DNA from: Chthoniobacterales bacterium
Lineage (GTDB): Bacteria > Verrucomicrobiota > Verrucomicrobiia > Chthoniobacterales > UBA10450
Direction of reading: 5' to 3'
DNA length: 64,000 nt
Assembly: GCA_036493915.1 (NCBI GenBank)
Contig: DASXPA010000247.1
Location: forward strand, 6,085-70,084
A program made the translations under genes and the position numbers. Below, one piece after another: positions 23,285 to 31,536 of this stretch (within the stretch, counting starts at the first letter, position 1; every line of letters starts with the position of its first letter). The notes beneath the pieces were generated by a model. That model did no database searches. It had not been told where the DNA came from and saw only the letters and a program-made list of their open reading frames with translations.

Positions 23285-25861
23285 TTAGTGAGTGGGCGGC
23301 TGGACGGTCGCGAGCACGTAAGGTTGTTGGAAGTACTTCGCCGCGACGCGTTGCACCTCCTCGACGGTGACGAGGTTCACTTCGCGTTCCAGCTCCTGGT
23401 AATGGTTGAAGCCGAGACCGTAAAGTTCGTCGAGCGCGGCCATGTAACCGAAAGAATCATTGCTTTGATTGGAAATGCGTTGCTGACCGATGAGTTTCTT
23501 TTTCGCCCGGGCTAGTTCTTCACTCGTTAGGCCAGTGCGCGCGAGCTTATCAATCTCGTCGAGCAAAGCCGCTTTCACCGCCTCGATCTTCTGCGGATCG
23601 GTCCCGAGATAGAAGGCGAAAAGTCCCGGCACCAGACCCTGCATCTGACTCGCACCGACGTAATAAGCCAAACCCATTTCTTCGCGAATGCGAACGAAGA
23701 AGCGCGAGCCGAGATCGCTGCTCGCTTCGTCGATCAGCTCGAGTGCATAACGATCCGGGCTAAACATGTCGGCGCCGCGGAAGCCGACCATGAGAACACC
23801 TTGAGCTTTATTCTTCTGTTCCTCGACCGCCAGGGTTTTCGAGAGAACGGGCGGTGGCGCGGCGTTCGTTAGGGCAAGTTCGCCTGCGGGCATGGCGGCA
23901 AGTGTCTGCTCGAAAATTTCCTTCACTTCTTCCGCGCGCACGTTGCCGAAAATGGAGATGACGCCGTTGTTCCCGGTAAGGAGCCGGTCGCGAAAGGCGC
24001 ACAGATCCGCCTGCGTAAGCGAGGTGACGGAAGCCGGCGTGCCTTTGGCGCGCAGGGCGTAAGGATGCTGCGGGAAGAGCGTCTGCCGCAAAAGATTACG
24101 CGCCACCGTCGTGAGTTGTTCTTCGTCGGCACGGATGCCGGCGAGCTGGGCTTCTTTTTCGCGCGCGATCGCTTTCTCCGGCAGGCTCGCGTGCAGCAGG
24201 ATGTCGGACAGAATCTCGGCGCCCAGCCGCAGGTCGGGCTGTGTCACTTCGAGCGAAATGTTGAAGCTGTTGTTGCCGGCGTCGCTTCCGATGCTACCGC
24301 CGACGGCTTCAATGGTGTCGGCGATTTGTTCTGCAGTCCGGGTGGTGGTGCCTTTGAGGAGCGTTTTCGCGAGAAGGCGTGTGATGCCGTTGTTCGCGGG
24401 ACTCTCCGCAAGGAGACCACCGCGAAAGGCCGCGACCAGCGAGACGAGCGGAAGCCGGGGATCTTCCCTAACGAGAAGACGCAGGCCGTTGGAGAGCGTG
24501 AATTTTTCAATCTCACCCGCGGAGACGGCCACTGCCTCGGTTGTCTTCGCCGCGAGCGTGCCGGGCGGGTTGAGCGAGACGACCGTGAGATTTTCCTCGA
24601 CCAAATACTTCGCCGCGACGCGTTGAAGATCGGCAAGCGAGACCTGTTGCAACGCTTCGAGATAGTCGCGGGTGAAATTGAGGTTACGAGTGACGAGCCA
24701 GTTAGCCCCAAGATCGGAAGCCTGCCCGCGCATGGTGGTGAGGCCGCCTAACGAGTGACTGAGAACGATCTTCTTTGCCTTCGCCAGTTCTTCCGCGGTC
24801 GCACCTGTTTCCCGCAGCTCGACGACGATCTGCAAAATAACCTGCTCGGCGGCGACGCGATTCTGCGGCTCGACCGTGGCGTCGACCCCAAGCAGACCGG
24901 GATCGCCTGGAGTGTAGGAAAAGGCGGAAACGCCAAACGCGAGTCCCGCTTCCTCGCGCACTTTGCGATAAAGCCGGGAGCTGCGCCCGTCGCCGAGCAC
25001 GGTCGAGAGAAGATCGAGCGCAGGCACGTCCGGATGCGTGATCTCGGGGATGTGCCAGGCAAGAGCGAGCCGGGTCAGCTCGGTCGGGAACTCCTCGTTC
25101 ACCTCGCGTCGACCGGACTGCGGCGGCTCCGCCGGAATGTAAACCGGCGCGATCGACTGCTCGGGGTAGGCGGCGAAATACTGCGCGAGCTGCGCATAGA
25201 CTGCATCGCCATCGACATCGCCGACGACAACGAAGGTGAGATTGTTAGGCACATAGCGCGTGCGGTAATAATTGTGCACCTCCTGCTGCGTGAGTTGATC
25301 GAAAACCTGAATCTCCCCGATCACCGGCAGGCGATAAGGATGCCGCTGGTAGGCGGTCTTGAACATGAGCTGCCCGACCATGCGATCGGGATCGTCGTGG
25401 CTCATGGCAAACTCGCGCCGGATCACTTCCTGTTCCTTGACGTATTCTTCCGGCGGCAGGGTTGAGTTCATGGTCGCGTCGGACAAAATCTCGAGCGCAC
25501 TGGCGACGCCTTCCTTCGGCACATCGATCCAGTAAACCGTGCGATCGAACGACGTGTAAGCGTTCACGTAGCCGCCCTGATCCTGCACGCTTTGCGCGAT
25601 CTCGTTAGGCGAGCGCGTCTTCGTGCCTTTGAAAAGCATGTGCTCGAGGATGTGCGAAAGCCCCGCGCCCAGATGCTGCGCTTCGTGCACGCTGCCGGTG
25701 GCGCACCAGGCCTGCACGCTCGCGACCGGCGCGCTCCGATCGATCTGCACGATGATCGCTAGTCCGTTAGGCAAGGTCCACCTTTGTGCCGTGACCGGCG
25801 GAAAAGTGATCGCCGGAGAGCTGGCCGGCGGCGCGGTGTTGAGTTGAGCAGTGGTGCGCAT
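23285..25861 (-). CDS. M16-family zinc peptidase, fused double unit (PqqL-like)
   Basis: 858 aa. Inverted zincin motif GLSHILEHMLFKGT...E in the first half, with a second inactive M16-like half. Confidence 0.85.
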   Translation of the reverse strand: MRTTAQLNTAPPASSPAITFPPVTAQRWTLPNGLAIIVQIDRSAPVASVQAWCATGSVHEAQHLGAGLSHILEHMLFKGTKTRSPNEIAQSVQDQGGYVNAYTSFDRTVYWIDVPKEGVASALEILSDATMNSTLPPEEYVKEQEVIRREFAMSHDDPDRMVGQLMFKTAYQRHPYRLPVIGEIQVFDQLTQQEVHNYYRTRYVPNNLTFVVVGDVDGDAVYAQLAQYFAAYPEQSIAPVYIPAEPPQSGRREVNEEFPTELTRLALAWHIPEITHPDVPALDLLSTVLGDGRSSRLYRKVREEAGLAFGVSAFSYTPGDPGLLGVDATVEPQNRVAAEQVILQIVVELRETGATAEELAKAKKIVLSHSLGGLTTMRGQASDLGANWLVTRNLNFTRDYLEALQQVSLADLQRVAAKYLVEENLTVVSLNPPGTLAAKTTEAVAVSAGEIEKFTLSNGLRLLVREDPRLPLVSLVAAFRGGLLAESPANNGITRLLAKTLLKGTTTRTAEQIADTIEAVGGSIGSDAGNNSFNISLEVTQPDLRLGAEILSDILLHASLPEKAIAREKEAQLAGIRADEEQLTTVARNLLRQTLFPQHPYALRAKGTPASVTSLTQADLCAFRDRLLTGNNGVISIFGNVRAEEVKEIFEQTLAAMPAGELALTNAAPPPVLSKTLAVEEQKNKAQGVLMVGFRGADMFSPDRYALELIDEASSDLGSRFFVRIREEMGLAYYVGASQMQGLVPGLFAFYLGTDPQKIEAVKAALLDEIDKLARTGLTSEELARAKKKLIGQQRISNQSNDSFGYMAALDELYGLGFNHYQELEREVNLVTVEEVQRVAAKYFQQPYVLATVQPPTH

Positions 25862-25864
25862 CGC

Positions 25865-26302
25865 TCAGGAAGTTTTCGGCGCGGGCAAGGCGGGCGGGAG
25901 CGGTTGCAACGGCTTCGAAGCCTCCGGCTGAAACGGTTTCACAAAAGCGTCGTGAAAGCTGTAGACCGATTTGAAATCATCGAGCGAATCCGACTCCGTT
26001 TTCCCGAAAATGCCGGCGCCGATGAGATTGAAAACCATGTGGCCGATATCCTCGCAGCGGTGGATTCCCCAATAGGAAAATACCGTCAAGGCCATTGGCC
26101 CAAACTCCTTCAGCGCGTAAAGACGGACGCCTTCGAGCAGCTCCGGCCCGGCGACGTGGCGGACGGCGGCGCCGCGCACTTTCTTCTGCTGTTTAGTCGT
26201 GTAATCGAGCGCGTCGCGCAGGAAAACGTAGGCGTCGCGATGATAGCGATTGTCGGCGGCGACAATGGAATCGAGGGCTTCAGCAAATCCAATTTTCTGC
26301 AT
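25865..26302 (-). CDS. small conserved hypothetical protein (resembles a Planctomycete/Verrucomicrobia-restricted family; assignment unverified)
   Basis: 145 aa, 3 nt downstream of the M16 gene. YHRDAYVFLRDALDYT...HVAGPELLEGVRLYALKEFGPMA. No catalytic motif seen. Confidence 0.5.
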   Translation of the reverse strand: MQKIGFAEALDSIVAADNRYHRDAYVFLRDALDYTTKQQKKVRGAAVRHVAGPELLEGVRLYALKEFGPMALTVFSYWGIHRCEDIGHMVFNLIGAGIFGKTESDSLDDFKSVYSFHDAFVKPFQPEASKPLQPLPPALPAPKTS

Positions 26303-26516
26303 GGGAAAGAGGCGGCGTTCCGGACGGCGCGAGGCCTAGAATAGTCAGGGTCCGCCGTGGGAGCAAATGATCGAGAGTGGGACAAGCGGGCAACGCTCGT
26401 GTTCATTTTGCGCGATGCGCATCGCAGCTCCGGAAGAAAAACATCTCGCCTGTCTTGGCCGGCGACCTTCCAGCTCGTCAGATTTCTCGGGGACAGGCCG
26501 CTAACCTCCAGAACAC

Positions 26517-27851
26517 CTATCGCACCTGCTCCTCGACTGAATCGAGATAGACCGAGATGGAATCGCGGCGGCGCGGCAGCTCTTCCGCATCTCCGCTTGA
26601 TTTGAGTACATCGGAAAAGGCTCCGCTCATTATCTCGAGCTGCGTGCCTTCGTACCAGTTCATGTAATCTTCGATGCTGCGTTCCTGTTTCTCGACGACG
26701 GTGCGCTTGCTTGCGAGACGAGCCAGTTGTCGCGCCACTCGATGCGTCCCGCCGCGCGCCAGCTTCCCCATGAGCTGGTAATATTCCTGCACGATCGCGT
26801 GATACGACGGATGAGAGCGCGTGGCGAGGAGCAGCATTTGTTCGCTCAAATCCCGGAGCACGGGGCGGCTCGCCGGGAGCTTTAGATAAGCGGCGAACTC
26901 GGCGAGGCTATATTCGCGTGTCGTACCGTCGCGGCGGGGAATCGAGAAGCGGAGGAGTCGATCAAGTCGTTGCGCGGTACCCGCAGCGCTGAGGATTTCG
27001 TAGCGATCAATTACAGAAAGCCGGGCAACGCTAAGCGACCACCACTTGGCCGGAGAATGGCCGAGGGTCGAGGGGAAGTGCGCCTGGAGATCTGCCAGCG
27101 GATCGTTAGGCGCATCGGGCAGGTCGGCGATGTACTGCGCCAGTTTGTGGCGGCCGTTCGGGCCTTCGACGAGCAACCGCAGCAGGGCCATCGAATAAGC
27201 GTCGTGAATCGCTCGCAGGGGCGCCTCGAGCAGGTCGCGCCGTTGCCTAACGATCTCATTCAACGGAGTGATCCGGTCGCTTGCGACGACGGTTTGCAGC
27301 AATTGCGCGGCCTCATCAGGATTGCGTCCGGGCATTGACTGAAAAACTCCGTCAATCAACCAATCGGGCGGCGCCGCGTAGCGCGTCCCGACGGCGACGC
27401 TTGGGCGCGAGCGGTAGATCATCTCGATGAGGATCGCGCGGAGCAATTCGCGCTGCACTTCTGGACCGTTGAGATCGGGTATCACGAGAAGATTTAGCTG
27501 GAGCTTGAGACCGTAGCCGGTCTGGCTGAAGTCGAAGTGTGATGCAGGCACCTCGGGCAGGTTGGTCTGCGGATATTCGAGATTAATGAGCAGCGGCGTT
27601 TTCCAGTGATCCGGGAGACGCAGAAGGCGGAGCAGATTGGCCTTTGTCGTTTCGGCGAGATCGCAAACCGCGCCACGCAGCCGAATGTCGTCACCATAAA
27701 CGATAAACTGCCGCGAAGCGCTGCTGCTGCGCGCCGTCCCGGCCCGGAGATGGCCTCCTCCAAAGACCATCAGCAGGGCTAGGGGGATGGAGATTTTTCG
27801 CTGCACAAAGGTTGAAAAAGGCTTTGGATTTTTCGCGAAACTGGCGCGCAA
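26517..27851 (-). CDS. hypothetical secreted protein
   Basis: 444 aa ORF with N-terminal hydrophobic signal (ISIPLALLMVFGGG). Coding-like composition; no family recognised. Confidence 0.5.
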   Translation of the reverse strand: MRASFAKNPKPFSTFVQRKISIPLALLMVFGGGHLRAGTARSSSASRQFIVYGDDIRLRGAVCDLAETTKANLLRLLRLPDHWKTPLLINLEYPQTNLPEVPASHFDFSQTGYGLKLQLNLLVIPDLNGPEVQRELLRAILIEMIYRSRPSVAVGTRYAAPPDWLIDGVFQSMPGRNPDEAAQLLQTVVASDRITPLNEIVRQRRDLLEAPLRAIHDAYSMALLRLLVEGPNGRHKLAQYIADLPDAPNDPLADLQAHFPSTLGHSPAKWWSLSVARLSVIDRYEILSAAGTAQRLDRLLRFSIPRRDGTTREYSLAEFAAYLKLPASRPVLRDLSEQMLLLATRSHPSYHAIVQEYYQLMGKLARGGTHRVARQLARLASKRTVVEKQERSIEDYMNWYEGTQLEIMSGAFSDVLKSSGDAEELPRRRDSISVYLDSVEEQVR

Positions 27852-27901
27852 GTAGGCTCGCTTATGCTATATTTCGGAAAGTAAAAACAGAAAGAAACGA
27901 T

Positions 27902-28456
27902 ATGAAGATCGGAACACTCCTTTCAGTCGCAGGAGCTTTCATCGCGCTGTTCGCTTTGGCCTCGCCGGCGGAAGCTCAGCATCATGGCGGCAGCGGCCAT
28001 TTTGGCGGCGGATACGCGCACAACGGGAACTCTCATTACGGCTATGGCGGACATGGCGGTTATTATCACGGCCACAGCCACGTCAACTTCTACTTTGGCG
28101 GCTTCGGTTATCCGTACTACGGTTACCCCTACTACGGCTATCCGTACTATGGTTACCCGTACGGTTACGGCTATGCGCCTTACGGATACGGCTACTACAG
28201 CGCTCCGATCGCCAATTACACCTACGATCCCCAAGGCATCTACCAAGGTCGGGTCGTGAGACGCGGCGATCACCAACATTCAATTGCGGCTCAAGTGCAA
28301 GAACAGCTTGCGGCAGCGGGTTACTACCACGGCGAGATCGATGGCGTCATCGGCGCCAAGACACGCCGCGCGATCCGCAATTACGAGCGCGCCAATAATC
28401 TCGAAGTCGATGGCCGGATCGGTGACGAACTGCTCTCGACGATGGGCCTGGGTTAA
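27902..28456 (+). CDS. secreted Gly/Tyr/His-rich repeat protein with C-terminal peptidoglycan-binding (PG_binding_1-like) domain
   Basis: Start at MKIGTLLSVAGAFIALFALASPAEA. Low-complexity HHGGSGHFGGGYAHNG...GYPYYGYPYYGYPYYGYPYGYGY, then LAAAGYYHGEIDGVIGAKTRRAIRNYERANNLEVDGRIG. Confidence 0.7.
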   Translation: MKIGTLLSVAGAFIALFALASPAEAQHHGGSGHFGGGYAHNGNSHYGYGGHGGYYHGHSHVNFYFGGFGYPYYGYPYYGYPYYGYPYGYGYAPYGYGYYSAPIANYTYDPQGIYQGRVVRRGDHQHSIAAQVQEQLAAAGYYHGEIDGVIGAKTRRAIRNYERANNLEVDGRIGDELLSTMGLG

Positions 28457-28618
28457 GCGGCTCGTTGCCATAGCTGGCCCTCGAGAAGCCCGATGTAGCC
28501 CGTGGGGCCGCCGTGCATCTTGCCCGGTGCGTCTTCTTCCCACGGGCTAGATGCCTGTACCGCGAGGAGGTTGTAATGCCAGCGGTCCCGGCGGAGTCGA
28601 CTCGGTCGCGCGAGAACT

Positions 28619-29359
28619 TCACCTCGCCGTGATCAACGTCACCGACTGCGGATGAAATTCGATGCCAGCGAGCTTGGCGATGCTCTGACGGTCGCGCGCA
28701 AGGCCTGCCCACGTTTTGTGAAAGATGACGTCGAGCCCGCGCATGAGGGGAGGCGAAATCGGCATCCGCCCGATGTAACCGCCCGTGTTCTCGGCGTTGA
28801 TTTTTCCCGCGTCGACCGACACCCGATAGAAGCTGCCGTCGCTCAGGGGAAAGCCGAAAAAGCCCTGGCGGACGTTGATCCGGCAAACACCCTCCTCGAA
28901 TTGCACGAAGATGCGATCGATCGGCAGGAAGCCTTGCTTCGCGGGACTGTTACTGCGGCGAATTGCGGAAGCGAGGTAGCCGTTCACCTGCTCCTGGTTA
29001 TAGGTGAGCCGCGGCGGTTGGTGACTCTGAAGCGCGGTGAAGAGGTCCATATTGATCATCGGGGCGAAGGCATTGCTTTTTTTCTCCACCGGCAAATCAG
29101 GCGGAAGCAGCATCTGGATGACGATGGCGAAACAGAACGCACCGAGAAAGATTTTGAGCAAGCGAAGCAGGATGCGCTTGTTGCGTCCGGGATCGGCGGC
29201 AAACATTTTCTGCAAATGTTCCCGCGTGCTCTCGGCGGAATCTATCGGGGCGCTCTTCGCTTTCAGCGCGCTGCGGTCGAGACGGGCGCCGCAGTTGTGA
29301 CAATAAATCCGTTCGGGCTCGTTTTCGTGCCGGCAATCAGGGCAGGTAAGTTTGGTCAC
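28619..29359 (-). CDS. zinc-ribbon membrane protein, function unknown
   Basis: 246 aa. N-terminal CPDCRHENEPERIYCHNCGARL, one TM helix (ILLRLLKIFLGAFCFAIVIQMLL), then a soluble domain. 4 nt overlap with the upstream FmdB-like gene. Confidence 0.55.
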   Translation of the reverse strand: MTKLTCPDCRHENEPERIYCHNCGARLDRSALKAKSAPIDSAESTREHLQKMFAADPGRNKRILLRLLKIFLGAFCFAIVIQMLLPPDLPVEKKSNAFAPMINMDLFTALQSHQPPRLTYNQEQVNGYLASAIRRSNSPAKQGFLPIDRIFVQFEEGVCRINVRQGFFGFPLSDGSFYRVSVDAGKINAENTGGYIGRMPISPPLMRGLDVIFHKTWAGLARDRQSIAKLAGIEFHPQSVTLITAR

Positions 29360-29700
29360 GGATTCGCTTCTTTCTTTTTCTTCGGCTTGGCCGGGCTGGC
29401 GGCCTTGCTCTCGCTCTTGGCAGCGGAGCTGTCGGAATTTCCGCTTTTCTCTGCGCCGGCGCTATTCTCCTTTTTCGCCGCTTCCCGATAGTTGTGGCTC
29501 CGGTAATCGGTGATGTAAAAGCCGGAGCCCTTGAAGATCAGCCCCGCGCCCGTACCGAGGAGCCGCTTCACTTTTCCTTTGCCCCACTTCGCCTGCCGGC
29601 AAAGCTCCTTTGGGCAAATCTTGTAAGCCTCATCGCGCATCGACTGGAAAGCGTCGAAATTTTTCCCGCACTTCTCACAGGCGTATTCGTAGGTGGGCAT
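29356..29700 (-). CDS. FmdB-family putative regulatory zinc-ribbon protein with Lys/Ala/Ser-rich tail
   Basis: 114 aa. MPTYEYACEKCGKNFDAFQSM...CPKELC, typical of the CxxC_CxxC_SSSS family. Confidence 0.7.
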   Translation of the reverse strand: MPTYEYACEKCGKNFDAFQSMRDEAYKICPKELCRQAKWGKGKVKRLLGTGAGLIFKGSGFYITDYRSHNYREAAKKENSAGAEKSGNSDSSAAKSESKAASPAKPKKKKEANP

Positions 29701-29849
29701 CGGATGCGAAGGACTTTGCTCGGAAGAACGGTCGCAGTCTCGACAAAATTAATCGAAATTCAAGCTGGCGGCACGCGTCCTGCACCCACTGGCTGTCTTG
29801 ACTTTGAGAAGGGTGTTGCGTTAGTTGCGCTTCCCTTCCCGAAAAGCGC

Positions 29850-30467
29850 ATGTTTCGTTTTCTTTCCAGGTGCTCCGTCCTTCTCGCCGCGCTCGCGGCC
29901 TGCCTCCTCGCGGGCTGTGGATCGGACGATCCACGCCTGGCTTACGGACAAACTGAATATCTCGGCGGCGTCTATGGCGATCAGCCAGTCGCCTCGAGCG
30001 CGCCTAGCGACACTGTCTCTTACTGGGATGGCGACGGTGTTCCCGGCAAACCTTCGGTCAAGATCAGCCTGAGTGAGCAGCGTGCTTACTTTTATAAAGG
30101 CGGGCAGCTCGTCGGGATCTCGCAGCTCTCGACCGGGCGCGAAGGCAAAAACACTCCCATTGGCAAATTCAAAGTCATCGGCAAGGACATCGATCACGCC
30201 TCGAGCATGTATGGCGATTACGTCGACGAGAACGATAACGTCGTCATGCCCAACATCGACAAAGACACCGATCCCAAACCGCCCGGCACCCATTACAAAG
30301 GCGCCCCGATGCCGTATTACATGCAGATCGCTCCCGGCTTTGGCATGCACGCGGGTTATCTGCCCGGCTATCCGGCATCGCATGGTTGCATCCGCATGCC
30401 GGAGTTCATGGCCGAGAATTTTTTCAACAACGTCTCGGAAGGCACCCCGGTCGAGATCACGCCCTAA
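29850..30467 (+). CDS. L,D-transpeptidase (YkuD-domain) lipoprotein
   Basis: 205 aa. Lipobox LLAGCGS. Catalytic region GMHAGYLPGYPASHGCIRMP. Confidence 0.85.
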   Translation: MFRFLSRCSVLLAALAACLLAGCGSDDPRLAYGQTEYLGGVYGDQPVASSAPSDTVSYWDGDGVPGKPSVKISLSEQRAYFYKGGQLVGISQLSTGREGKNTPIGKFKVIGKDIDHASSMYGDYVDENDNVVMPNIDKDTDPKPPGTHYKGAPMPYYMQIAPGFGMHAGYLPGYPASHGCIRMPEFMAENFFNNVSEGTPVEITP

Positions 30468-30518
30468 CCCGCGGCTTGGCCGGTGCGCGCGCAAGGGTTA
30501 GACTCCTGCTCTCGCGCC

Positions 30519-31532
30519 ATGATCATTATCACCCAGCCCGACGTCACCAAGGCGCAGGTCGACCACATCGTCGCGCGCGTGGAACAGTTCGGGTTCCAGG
30601 CGCAAGTCATGCGCGGCGCGCTCCGCGTCGTTATCGGCGTCATCGGACCGGAGGATGCGATTCGGGAAAAACCGCTCGCCGCCATCCCGGGTGTCGAATC
30701 GGTCCTCGCGGTGATGAAGCCCTACAAGCTCGTCGCAAGAAATGGCGCGGCGCCGCCCGCGATCGCGATCGGCAATGTAAAATTTGGCCATAGCCAACAC
30801 GTGGTTTTGATCTCCGGCCCCTGCTCGGTCGAGAGCAGGGAACAACTCCTTTCCATCGCGGGTTCGGTGAAAAAGGCGGGCGCACGGGTGTTGCGCGGCG
30901 GCGCCTTTAAACCGCGGACTTCGCCCTACAGCTTCCAAGGTTTGGGGGAGGATGGCTTGCGTTTTCTTGCCGAAGCGCGCGCCGAGACCGGCCTTCCGAT
31001 CATCACTGAAATCATGGACACGCGCGATCTGGCGATGATTGAAAAATACGCGGACTGTCTCCAGATCGGGTCGCGCAATATGCAGAACTTTTCCCTGCTC
31101 AAGGAAGTAGGTCGCAGTCGCCTGCCGGTAATGCTCAAACGCGGATTCAGCGCCACGATCAACGACCTGCTCATGAGCGCCGAATACATCCTCGCCGAAG
31201 GCAATCCCAATGTCCTCCTTTGCGAACGCGGCATTCGCACGTTCGAAACAATGACGCGCAACACGCTCGACTTGAACGCCGTCCCGATCCTGAAAGCGAA
31301 AACGCGACTGCCGGTGGTGGTCGATCCGACCCATGGCATTGGCCTGCGCGATTACATCCCGCAGATGTCGCTCGCGGCGGTCGCGGCGGGAGCCGATGGG
31401 CTCATGATCGAAGTGCACGATGAACCGGAACGGGCCCGGAGCGATGGCGACCAGGCGCTGGTCCCGGAGGTTTTCGACGATCTCGTTAGGCGAATCCGCG
31501 CCGTCGCCGCCGCGGTTGGTCGCAACGTTTAA
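30519..31532 (+). CDS. 3-deoxy-7-phosphoheptulonate (DAHP) synthase, type I-beta with N-terminal regulatory domain
   Basis: Start chosen at MIIITQPD, in frame within ORF 30483..31532. [12 protein letters not shown]...[23 protein letters not shown]...DPTHG motifs. Confidence 0.9.
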   Translation: MIIITQPDVTKAQVDHIVARVEQFGFQAQVMRGALRVVIGVIGPEDAIREKPLAAIPGVESVLAVMKPYKLVARNGAAPPAIAIGNVKFGHSQHVVLISGPCSVESREQLLSIAGSVKKAGARVLRGGAFKPRTSPYSFQGLGEDGLRFLAEARAETGLPIITEIMDTRDLAMIEKYADCLQIGSRNMQNFSLLKEVGRSRLPVMLKRGFSATINDLLMSAEYILAEGNPNVLLCERGIRTFETMTRNTLDLNAVPILKAKTRLPVVVDPTHGIGLRDYIPQMSLAAVAAGADGLMIEVHDEPERARSDGDQALVPEVFDDLVRRIRAVAAAVGRNV

Positions 31533-31536
31533 ACGG

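Noticed and set aside
28106-28197. Tandem 15 nt repeats, considered as a possible CRISPR or VNTR locus.
   Set aside because: The repeats are in frame within a coding region (GYPYY units) with no spacers and no cas genes. This is a low-complexity protein repeat.
31420-31536. Upstream extension of mfd from the ORF-track start.
   Set aside because: It would overlap the DAHP synthase gene by 113 nt. GTG at 31537, 4 nt after the upstream stop, gives a normal Mfd N-terminus. The exact start remains uncertain.
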